The translations under genes were made by a program, and so were the position numbers. Shown one piece after another: positions 29,301 to 36,893 of a stretch of 64,000 nt of DNA; position 1 is the stretch's first letter, and each line of letters begins with the position of its first letter. The DNA is from a virus (taxonomy: Duplodnaviria; Caudoviricetes), in the IMG/VR virus record IMGVR_UViG_2886410390_000001, positions 1-64,000 of that record. One strand, given 5' to 3'. The notes below the pieces were generated by a model. The model saw nothing but the letters and a program-made list of their open reading frames with translations. It was not told the DNA's origin and ran no database searches.

Positions 29301-30044
29301 GAGGCCCAGCTGGCGAAGGAACTGGAGCAGCTCGAGCGCCAGCTCAACCCGCTCCTCGAAGCCCAGAAGCGCATGGACATGGTCAACCGCCTTTTCAACG
29401 AGGGCAGGCTGGGGGCCGTGGCCTACCGGAAGGAGGTGGAGCGCCTCCAGGAGCAGCTCTCCACCGGCTTCGCGCTGGCGAAGGACTCCATGGTGGCGGC
29501 CACCCAGCACATGGAGGACGCCTTCGTCACCTTCGCCACCACCGGCAAGCTGGAGTTCGGCACCATGGTGGACGGCATCCTGAAGGACATCGCCCGGCTC
29601 ATGGCCCAGCGCGCCTTCGTCGCGCTCCTGGACTCGGCGACGTCAGCGCTGGCGGGTGCGTGGGGTAGTGGAGGCGGTGCGGTGGTGGGCGGCGCGGACC
29701 TGTCCGGCATGTTCGGCGCCATGGTGGGCGGTGCGCGTGCAGCCGGCGGGCCGGTGCGGGCCGGCCATGCCCACGTGGTGGGCGAGCTGGGGCCGGAGCT
29801 GTTCGTCCCCAGCAGCTCCGGCACCATCGTCCCCAACAAGGCGCTGGGCGGTGGCGACGTCCACATGTCCGTGCAGGTGGTAGTCAACGCGGACGGCTCC
29901 TCGTCCGTCGACGTCCAGTCGCAGGGCGGCCGCGAGGACGCACAGCGCATGGGCCGGCACCTGGCGGACACCATCCGCAAGGTGGTGGGCGAGGAGCTGC
30001 AGCCCGGCGGCAGCATCTACAACTTTACGTGGAGGCGGCGATAG
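26325..30044 (+). CDS. Tape measure protein (TP901-type core, lambda-type C-terminus)
   Basis: 1239 aa, Ala-rich helical; C-terminal GARAAGGPV...VGELGPELFVP. Confidence 0.95.
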   Translation: MSEGVDLATLSIRIDSSDAKAGVESLTKLSGAAEKTETATKKVETATEQYLKGLERMVREVEETNRALERMRTVSKDLELVTAAAGGLQAALGDTAGLQRFNTQLGASDVAMERFQKSLMDTAAVGRFMGDLERASLKLRDMHAAQEKAAAAVRDVQQVTEAAEPPVTRLARGLGGLVSQFVGVAAAGAALRSATTEALGFGTAMAQVSTLLDGEQLKMMGTLAERAKALGAEFGRMPTDQAKALYDIMSAGASDAAQATEMLRVANQLAIGGVTDVGTAADGLTSIMATYGSSLRSATEAADAMFVSAADGKTSIEAIARHIGKVAPIASQTGVSLQELLAANAALTKSGIKTETAMEGVRSILAQVAKPSEDAAKLARALGVDFTTAGLRARGFAGFMEHVRERTHGNTEQLAVLVGGVEALLPAMALTGTAAADFAASLEHMKDSAGRTEVAFNKMAETPQFKLDQLRARFASLQVDVGDGLLSAMGPSMDGLLRHFNEVTTAARYLGEGLAVLATVRAAGWAQDWTKALADKAGAARQARDAMTNAALADAAYSRRVTESRAAALRNALAMLQQRQAALETAAALEGPFTVAHTRAAIASNALAQAKVKEALAIEGASFAARAGSAALSALGGPIGIITTALGLAASAYFEFGRAAEEASEKAKQAIRESGAAADRASQIITDLQARLKVEKDLTKQQEAYNLARLEFINLGPKYEKALSAGTGTMEGLRADFERMVKADLVDARLEQERLKKYWANMEKAISVDAKGDTLHQTREEIVGTKKYKMRSEKDLKPIEEELRAQREREVQLLKAQQRLDDAAKASNTLTAEEEKRAAATTKVNAATSQSAQSLLDDVKAKEAAEKKATAWLARLEEEARALGKTKGEALELSDEYAALTAEQKRQADVAIAKIKAAEEAKAAEKAAAKAEEERTRILQELNRELGNPGAEKYAQAQRILREELDQGRVSLSAYQAQMAKARSLWTEEGKAEAQLAKELEQLERQLNPLLEAQKRMDMVNRLFNEGRLGAVAYRKEVERLQEQLSTGFALAKDSMVAATQHMEDAFVTFATTGKLEFGTMVDGILKDIARLMAQRAFVALLDSATSALAGAWGSGGGAVVGGADLSGMFGAMVGGARAAGGPVRAGHAHVVGELGPELFVPSSSGTIVPNKALGGGDVHMSVQVVVNADGSSSVDVQSQGGREDAQRMGRHLADTIRKVVGEELQPGGSIYNFTWRRR

Positions 30045-30377
30045 GGGCTGGCAGCGTGTTGTCACGTCCAAGTCCTGACGACAGAACCGGGCCAAGGCCA
30101 ACGAGGCGCGCTTGCGCGGTGAGGGCCTCAGGCGCTTCCTGCGGCGCGCTGCGCGCGCCATCATCGAGAATTCGGGAACCGCCACGCTCTCGAAGAGACA
30201 GGACTGACGTCTGCTTCATCCGTGCGGCTGGAGCGGGCCAACCCAAGGCCGGGACGGAGCAGGACGCCCTTTACGATGATCTGATGGGCGTGTAGCGGCT
30301 CCGCCGGTTGACCCATGCCTGCTCACGGGGCGAGCATTCCAGGGGAAGACGCGTGTACCCGCCCCTGGAGGATGCCA

Positions 30378-31601
30378 ATGCCGCTCCATGTGTCAAACCG
30401 GACGCGCCTGTCCCAGTCTCACGTAATCAGTAGAGTGCTGTGGCTCATGGCTGGCTGCCTCTGGGGAACAGAAGCAGCAGCGCAGGCTTCTGGCAGCAAC
30501 AATCCCACTCCGCTCACTACGCCGTGGTGGATTGCGCTGTTGCTAGGGCCGGTAGTCGTCTCGGCCATCGTCAGCGGCATCATCGGATATTTCACCAGCC
30601 GCCATATCGAGCAGGTGCGGGGGAAACTGCAGAGGGAAGTCGAGCAGGTGCGTGGGGTTTTGCAGCAGGAAGTCGAGGCTCGCAAGGCCGACTTGGTGGA
30701 TCGCAACAGCGACCGCGCTGCCCGCCGAGACTACGAGTATGAAGCGCGTAAGCGGCTCTATGCGGAAATCGAGCCCTTGGTCTTCCAGCTACATGACGCG
30801 GTGGAGGAAGCCTACTACCGGGTAATCAGCCTTGCCCGAAGCTCGCGCTCGGGGAACCTTGGCGTCGGCGCGCAGAGTTGGATCAACACCGAAGACTACT
30901 ACCTCTACTCTACGTGCCACCGGCTAACTCAGCCGGTGGTTATGTACCGCCTCTTGCAGCGGCGCATGACCTTCGTCGACCTCACGCTCGATGCGTCGAT
31001 TCGTGTCCGGTATTACCTGCTCAAGTATTACGCCTACTCCTTCACGGATGACTTTGTTCTCGCACGTGCCGAGCCGGGTCTGCGGTACGACCCCAATGCC
31101 AATGACCCCTCCAGTCGGCGAGAGGAAGAGATCGCCGTCTACAAGCACCAGGGCCTTATGGTGGGAGAGGTCGACAAAATGCTCGATGCGATGCTCGTCA
31201 AGGACGACGAAGCGGGGCTACGCCCGATGACTCTGGGTGAGTTCGAGTCGGCTGCAATCCCCAGTGGAAAGCATCGTGCGTCGCTCGAGCCGCTCCTCGA
31301 TCTCCTCATCGCCTTCTCGTCGGAGACCCAGCCTGTCCTCGCACGCATTCTCCTGGTCCAGGCTTGCTACTGCAGGCTCATCCTTGCCACCTACAGTGGG
31401 GCTATCACTGCGGAATCGCTCGGTAAGGGACTCGATGAGTTCCTCGCTGATCCGGAAACGGCTAGGCAGTTCGCTTGGCGCGCCGGTGAGCCCGTCGAGG
31501 CAGAACTCGCCGTCGCCGGCCGCTATGTAAGGGAGCGGCTCGGATGGATTTCGAAGCTCCTCGAGCAGACCTCGGGTCCGACCGCATCCGTTCAGCAGTA
31601 A
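30378..31601 (+). CDS. Moron: signal-like N-terminus, TM helix, coiled coil and large soluble domain
   Basis: Lower GC; GGAGG 6 nt before ATG 30378; TM WWIALLLGPVVVSAIVSGIIGYF; 33-bp tandem duplication at 30607-30672. Confidence 0.8.
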   Translation: MPLHVSNRTRLSQSHVISRVLWLMAGCLWGTEAAAQASGSNNPTPLTTPWWIALLLGPVVVSAIVSGIIGYFTSRHIEQVRGKLQREVEQVRGVLQQEVEARKADLVDRNSDRAARRDYEYEARKRLYAEIEPLVFQLHDAVEEAYYRVISLARSSRSGNLGVGAQSWINTEDYYLYSTCHRLTQPVVMYRLLQRRMTFVDLTLDASIRVRYYLLKYYAYSFTDDFVLARAEPGLRYDPNANDPSSRREEEIAVYKHQGLMVGEVDKMLDAMLVKDDEAGLRPMTLGEFESAAIPSGKHRASLEPLLDLLIAFSSETQPVLARILLVQACYCRLILATYSGAITAESLGKGLDEFLADPETARQFAWRAGEPVEAELAVAGRYVRERLGWISKLLEQTSGPTASVQQ

Positions 31602-31773
31602 GGGCGCGCCCAGCGTGGCCGAGCGTGGGAGGGTAGATAGCCCGCGCGGAGCTGACTGTTCGGCTAATCGGCGTCCACGGTGCGGGAGAGCGACCCCGCA
31701 CAGAAAGCAATGCCACAACGTAGTGGTGGGGCGTGGGCGACAGAGTCGGACGGCGTCCACGGCTCCGTAGACG

Positions 31774-32364
31774 ATGTCGAACATGGAGCGCTTCCCCTTC
31801 ACCCCCGACTACGGCGCGCAGCTGGAGAGCCAGCTCCGCGTGCGCAAGGCCCAGTTCGGCGACGGGTACTCGCAGCGCTCGGAGGATGGCGCGCGCGGGC
31901 TCCTGCAGCGCTGGTCCGTGCAGTTCACCGCGAGGAAGAAGACGGAGGCGGACGCGCTGGACGCCTTCCTGCGCACGCACCGTGGGGTGGCCGCCTTCGA
32001 GTTCGTCGTGCCGGACAGCGCGTGGGCCGTCACCGGCTTCCGCTTCGGCACGGGGGACGGCGCGCGCACGCAGTACCTCCTGCAGCGGCCATTGTCCCCC
32101 GACGTCCCCGGGGAGCTGGTGCCCGCGACGGGGTGGGGCGCGGCCCCGCTGGTGTACCGCGACGGCGTCCTGGTGGCGGGGACAGGCTACGCGCTCTCCA
32201 GCTCCGGGCTCATCACCTTCACCGCCGCGCCTGGCGCCGGCGCCATCCTCACCTTCACCGCGTCGGGCGCGCAGGTGCTGCGCGTCGTCTGCGAGAGGTG
32301 GACGTCCGTGGTGAAGGGCTTCAACGCGTACGACGTGTCCGTCGAGTTTGAGGAGGTGGCGTAG
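31774..32364 (+). CDS. Distal tail protein (lambda gpM-like) with an ~84-aa insertion
   Basis: V.KAQFGDGYSQR...G, W.VQF, FL..H.G..AFEF; C-terminal V.C..W...S..FEEV. Confidence 0.88.
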   Translation: MSNMERFPFTPDYGAQLESQLRVRKAQFGDGYSQRSEDGARGLLQRWSVQFTARKKTEADALDAFLRTHRGVAAFEFVVPDSAWAVTGFRFGTGDGARTQYLLQRPLSPDVPGELVPATGWGAAPLVYRDGVLVAGTGYALSSSGLITFTAAPGAGAILTFTASGAQVLRVVCERWTSVVKGFNAYDVSVEFEEVA

Positions 32365-33060
32365 GTGAGCATTGCAGAGGACATCCAGAAGCTGGAGCCG
32401 GGTGCGCTCGTGGAGTTGTTTGTCCTCGACGCTAGCGCGCTGCCGGGAGGCGGCATCAACTACTTCCACGCGGGCACCAACGGGCTTGGAGGGCCGGTGG
32501 TGTGGCAGGGCGCGGAGTACCAGCCGTGGCCCGTGCAGGCCCGGGGCTTCGACAAGTCCGGCACCGGGCGGCTGCCACGGCCCACCCTCACCCTGGCCAA
32601 CGTGCTGGGCACCGTGGGCGCCCTCGCGCGGGACTTCAATGACTTGCTCGGCGCGCGCGTCATCCGCAAGCGCACCTTCGTCCGCTACCTCGACGCGGTG
32701 AACTTCCCCGGCGGCACCAACCCCTCCGCGAGCCCGGTGGACGCCTTCCCGGACGACGAGTTCGTCGTCGACCAGAAGACGACGGAGAACAAGCACCTCA
32801 TCGAGTTCACCCTTGCGGCACGGTGCGACCTGGACGGCGTCCGCATCCCCTTGCGCGTCATCACCCAGATGTGCGGCTGGGAGTACCGGGGCGAGGGCTG
32901 CGGCTACGCGGGCCCGCCCGTCGCGAAGGTGGACGACACCCCGACGGCCACCCCGGCCGAGGACCGGTGTGGGAAGCGCCTCGCGAGCTGCAAGCTGCGC
33001 TTCGGGGCCACCGCAGTGCTTCCCTACGGGGGATTCCCGGGAGTGGGGCTGTTGATGTAA
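32365..33060 (+). CDS. Minor tail protein L (lambda gpL-like)
   Basis: VELFVLD, WQGAEYQPWP, RKRTFVRYLDAVNF, C.WEYRGEGCGY, C.K....C..RFG, GGFPG. Confidence 0.95.
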   Translation: MSIAEDIQKLEPGALVELFVLDASALPGGGINYFHAGTNGLGGPVVWQGAEYQPWPVQARGFDKSGTGRLPRPTLTLANVLGTVGALARDFNDLLGARVIRKRTFVRYLDAVNFPGGTNPSASPVDAFPDDEFVVDQKTTENKHLIEFTLAARCDLDGVRIPLRVITQMCGWEYRGEGCGYAGPPVAKVDDTPTATPAEDRCGKRLASCKLRFGATAVLPYGGFPGVGLLM

Positions 33061-33090
33061 CCGCGACTTCTCCGTGTGCGTCGCAGGACG

Positions 33091-34788
33091 TCATCGCGGC
33101 TCCGCATCGGCAGTTGGAGTGAGTGGCTTCCCTGCACGGGCAAACTCACGCACGACAATGCCTGCAAGGCGAGACTTCGGCTCCTTCGCTACAATCCGCT
33201 GGCACGCCTCTCTGAATGTTCTCGAAATTGCATGAAGCGAATGCGATGGATCGTCATTCCAGAGATGCCGCGAGAGTACGTCAAAAGCGGCTTGGCGAGC
33301 CTCCGAGCTGCATGTGCGAATGAAGCCTTCAATCTCTTCGACGGACGCTCCACCGAGTCGCGTGATGTGCCCGTACTCCATGCCCTTATTCGTTTCGAGA
33401 AAGTCAAATGATTGATCGAGAGTCGGGATGGGAAACGCCGCGTGTCTCTCGGTCTCGATGGCGGACAGGATTAGCTCGTGAAATCCATCGATGTTGTGTC
33501 GATAGTGGAAGCTGTCCAGGCGTGCGAATGCTGATATTTCTCTCGCGTGACTGGAGATCCATTTGCTTGCAATGGAGGCCCCCATCGCCTTCGATGCGTA
33601 TTCGTCGGCGAGTTTGATTGCTGCATTGGCAGTCCCGCTGTGGATGATTTCTGCATTTTCAAGAATAGATGACAGTACATTGTTCACAGTCGCGTGCGGA
33701 TGATTTGCTTCCCATCGAATTCTCTGGTGGGCCAGTCGAAGAAGTTCTTCCATCTCGAAGTTGCGCTGCCTGCTGTCGAGGAGTTCGCGGTAGTTTGCTA
33801 GGGCGGTTCGGTCGAGGAAGCCACGCTCAAGGTATGGTACTAGCACTTGGGTCTCAAACTCGTCAGGATGGCCGAGTTTGTACTCGTCCAGCAGTTGCTT
33901 GGCCGCCTTCTGGTCGTCGGTTAGTTTCTCGGGATTCTCAAATTTGATCAAGAATGGGTTAAGCGCTTGCTCGAGCGTGAGCGGATTCTTGTGTGTTCCT
34001 TGATGAATCGCAACAAACAGCACGATGCTTGGAATGAGATAAGGCCAATGGTGCGGCAGAATGACTCCTGCGTCATCAAGGGCCTTATATGTGCGGCGCA
34101 TTCGTTGTATTGTTCTGATGTTAGTGATCTTGAGTTTGTTGATGCATGATTTGAACGTCTCGAAGTGCTTCTCGGGCATTTTGCCTAGGCCGATTGAGAT
34201 GGATTCGTCCGTCGTTATTGCCAGAGAAATCTCCATGCTTATCGTTTTCTCTCTCAGTTCGTTCCATTTGGGGTCTTTCTCCAATCTTTCTTTGTTTGCA
34301 ATTAAGAGTATTCGTGTTTCGGAGAGTGTCGCGAGGTGGGTGATGAATCCTAGTATTTCCGTTGCGTCAATCTTATCGGCGGCACGCTCGATATCGTCGA
34401 ACGCGATCACTGATTTTTTAGGGAGCACGTCCCGTAAGGCGGGAAGGAACGACTGAAGATCAGCGAGAGTTGCGGTAATCTTCAGTTCATCTGGGAGTTG
34501 GCTGTTGGCGACGGCAACCACTGCCCGGGTAGCTTTTGCTGCGATTTTTGACTTCGTTGATTGCCCAATTAGTAGTGCGCCGAATGTGGCTGACTTTAGC
34601 GCATCAATTGAGCTGTGATTCAGGCATGAGATGTAGATCGGAGAAAAGCCTAGTGGCTTCAAGTCGGGCAGGATGTCGTTCCAAAGATGCGTCTTCCCTG
34701 TTCCCCAGTCGCCGTGAAGGGCAATTACCGGGGTTTCGGGTAAGCGAAGGGCGTCAAGGAGGGCGGTTCTGGCCTGGGCGAAACTCAT
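33091..34788 (-). CDS. KAP-family P-loop NTPase (moron, 565 aa)
   Basis: Walker A GDWGTGKT, Walker B IAFDDIER, EKTI, N.RTIQR; low GC; opposite strand between L and K. Confidence 0.88.
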   Translation of the reverse strand: MSFAQARTALLDALRLPETPVIALHGDWGTGKTHLWNDILPDLKPLGFSPIYISCLNHSSIDALKSATFGALLIGQSTKSKIAAKATRAVVAVANSQLPDELKITATLADLQSFLPALRDVLPKKSVIAFDDIERAADKIDATEILGFITHLATLSETRILLIANKERLEKDPKWNELREKTISMEISLAITTDESISIGLGKMPEKHFETFKSCINKLKITNIRTIQRMRRTYKALDDAGVILPHHWPYLIPSIVLFVAIHQGTHKNPLTLEQALNPFLIKFENPEKLTDDQKAAKQLLDEYKLGHPDEFETQVLVPYLERGFLDRTALANYRELLDSRQRNFEMEELLRLAHQRIRWEANHPHATVNNVLSSILENAEIIHSGTANAAIKLADEYASKAMGASIASKWISSHAREISAFARLDSFHYRHNIDGFHELILSAIETERHAAFPIPTLDQSFDFLETNKGMEYGHITRLGGASVEEIEGFIRTCSSEARQAAFDVLSRHLWNDDPSHSLHAISRTFREACQRIVAKEPKSRLAGIVVREFARAGKPLTPTADAEPR

Positions 34789-35100
34789 GTGGTCCTCTTT
34801 CTTGAGATGCTGTCGGAAGGCCATCGAAGGCTTGCAGGAGAGTGTAAATTTACTTCGGCGCCGCGCTTGTGAACTGAGCGCCATGGAGCATCATTTGGGG
34901 TCCCGATTGCGAATCCTAGAGTTTGAGTTCCGGTGCGTGACTTGTTCGGTCTAAAGCCGTTTGCGCGTGAGAACATCGAGCTTCGATAGGTCGTGTCGCT
35001 GGCTCCGTCGACCTACTCATGTAGAGGTCGGACGGCGTCCACTCTTGCAGGCATTCGTGCAGATGGCATGGAACTGCATGATACCTCTTGGGAGGTAGTG

Positions 35101-35832
35101 ATGGCCCCAGGCGACGTGGCGGCGTTCTCTCAAGATGTCATTTCCGCGTCGCTCGAGCACGCGCAGGACGAGTACCCGCGCGAGGCGTGCGGTCTCGTCG
35201 TGCTGGTGGCTGGCGCTCAGCGGTACGTGTCGTGCCGGAACCAGGCGGAGGGGCAGTCCCACTTCGTCCTGCATCCGGAGGACTACGCCCAGGCTGAGGC
35301 GGAGGGCGAGGTGCTCGCCGTCGTTCACTCGCACCCCAACGCCGCGCCGGAGCCGAGCGAGGCGGACCGCGTCATGATGGAGCGCTGGGGCCTGCCCTGG
35401 CTCATCATCAACGTCCCCGTGGGGCACTGGCGTCTCTGGTACCCCACCGGGTACCGGCCCCCGCTCATCGGACGGCCCTTCAGTCACGGCGTGCTGGACT
35501 GCTTCTCGCTGGTCCGCGACTACTACGCGGAGCGGCTGGGCCTGGAGTTGCCGGACTTCCACCGCCCTGACGCGTGGTGGGAGAAGGGCGGCAACCTCTA
35601 CCTGGAGGGGTACGCCGAGGCCGGCTTCGTCGACGTCACCGGCAGCGCGCTGCGCGAGCACGACGTCCTCCTCATGCAGCTGCGCTCGCCGGTGCCCAAC
35701 CACGCGGGCGTGTACCTGGGCGCGGACGTTGTCCTCCACCACCTCCAGAATCGGCTCTCCGGAAGGGAGACGTACAGCGGCTTCTGGGAGCGAATCACCC
35801 GGAAGGTTGTGCGGCACCGCAGCCTATGCTGA
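35101..35832 (+). CDS. Tail assembly protein K (JAB/MPN plus NlpC/P60)
   Basis: EACG, VHSHP...PSEAD; GRPFSHGVLDCFSLVRDYY, NHAGVYLG, LHH. Confidence 0.95.
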   Translation: MAPGDVAAFSQDVISASLEHAQDEYPREACGLVVLVAGAQRYVSCRNQAEGQSHFVLHPEDYAQAEAEGEVLAVVHSHPNAAPEPSEADRVMMERWGLPWLIINVPVGHWRLWYPTGYRPPLIGRPFSHGVLDCFSLVRDYYAERLGLELPDFHRPDAWWEKGGNLYLEGYAEAGFVDVTGSALREHDVLLMQLRSPVPNHAGVYLGADVVLHHLQNRLSGRETYSGFWERITRKVVRHRSLC

Positions 35833-36893
35833 CGACGGTGGTACTGGGCGGCCCGCTGGGCCGGCGCTTCGGGCGGGTGTGGCGGCTGGACTTGGGCGTG
35901 CCTTCCCCGGCGGAGGCGGTGCGCGCCCTGTCCGCGGTGTGCGAGGGCTTCGCCCGGTACCTGGTGGACAACAGCGAGCCGGGCTTCCACGTTTTCATCG
36001 GCAAGCAGGACGTCGGGGCTGAGGAGCTGGCGACGCCGGCCAGCGGCTCGCGCGTCATCACCGTCATGCCGGCCTTGGCCGGGGCCAAGTCGGGCTGGTT
36101 CCAGGTGGTGCTGGGCGCGGTGCTCATTGCCGGTGGCGCGGTGCTCTCCGTCTACGGCTTCGGTGCCGGCACGCCGCTCATCACCATGGGCGCCTCCCTC
36201 GTGGTGGGTGGCGTCTCGCAGCTGCTCTTCGCTCCGCCCACGCCCCTGGCACCCGTGGAGCGGCCGGAGAATCAGCCCTCGTACACCTTCAACGGGCCCG
36301 TCAACACGCTGGGCCAGGGCCACCCGGTGCCCCTCTGCTACGGGGAGCTGGAGGTGGGCAGCTGCGTCATCTCCGCCGGCATCGTCACCGAGTGGAATGC
36401 CGGGGGCGGCTTCGGCGGCGCTGGCGGCAGCGGACAGAGCGGACCGAGGGGCGAGCCGGCGGGTGGTGGCGGCTGCCCCGCGCCGTGGGTGCCCGTCCTC
36501 CTGGCAGACGGCCGCGAGGTGCCCGCGGGCGAGCTGCAGGTGGGCGACTGGGTGCGCACCCAGCACGATGCGACGCTGGCGTGGGGCGACTTCCCCGTCA
36601 CCGGCGTGGCCCACCTCGAGGCCGACTGCTGGCGCGTCGAGCTGGACGACGGGAGGGCCTTCGTGGGCACGTACAACCACCGCGTGCGCACGGAAGAGGC
36701 CTGGGTGGAGGTGCGGCACCTGGTGCCCGGCGCGCGCCTCGTCGGTGCATGCGCGGGCGTGGTGCGGCAGGTGGCGCCGTGCGGCCGCGGGCCTGTGGTG
36801 CGCGTCACAGTGGAGGACGCGCACACGTACCAGACGGCCGGCTTCCTCTCGCACAACGTGAAGCAGGCGGACCCGGAGGCGCCGGATGTCTGA
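35826..36893 (+). CDS. Tail assembly protein I (lambda gpI-like) fused to a C-terminal Hint domain
   Basis: LGGPLGRRFG, AEAVRAL, SYTFNGPVNT..QG.PVP.CYG...VGS.VISAG; then a Gly linker and C...TYNH...LSHN (36474-36857). Confidence 0.92.
   Translation: MLTTVVLGGPLGRRFGRVWRLDLGVPSPAEAVRALSAVCEGFARYLVDNSEPGFHVFIGKQDVGAEELATPASGSRVITVMPALAGAKSGWFQVVLGAVLIAGGAVLSVYGFGAGTPLITMGASLVVGGVSQLLFAPPTPLAPVERPENQPSYTFNGPVNTLGQGHPVPLCYGELEVGSCVISAGIVTEWNAGGGFGGAGGSGQSGPRGEPAGGGGCPAPWVPVLLADGREVPAGELQVGDWVRTQHDATLAWGDFPVTGVAHLEADCWRVELDDGRAFVGTYNHRVRTEEAWVEVRHLVPGARLVGACAGVVRQVAPCGRGPVVRVTVEDAHTYQTAGFLSHNVKQADPEAPDV

Noticed and set aside
26259-29510. Very long antisense ORFs (also 14451-16304, 17395-19731, 23859-25469, 36805-39591)
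   Set aside because: Shadows of real + strand genes caused by high-GC codon bias; they have no motifs and skewed composition.
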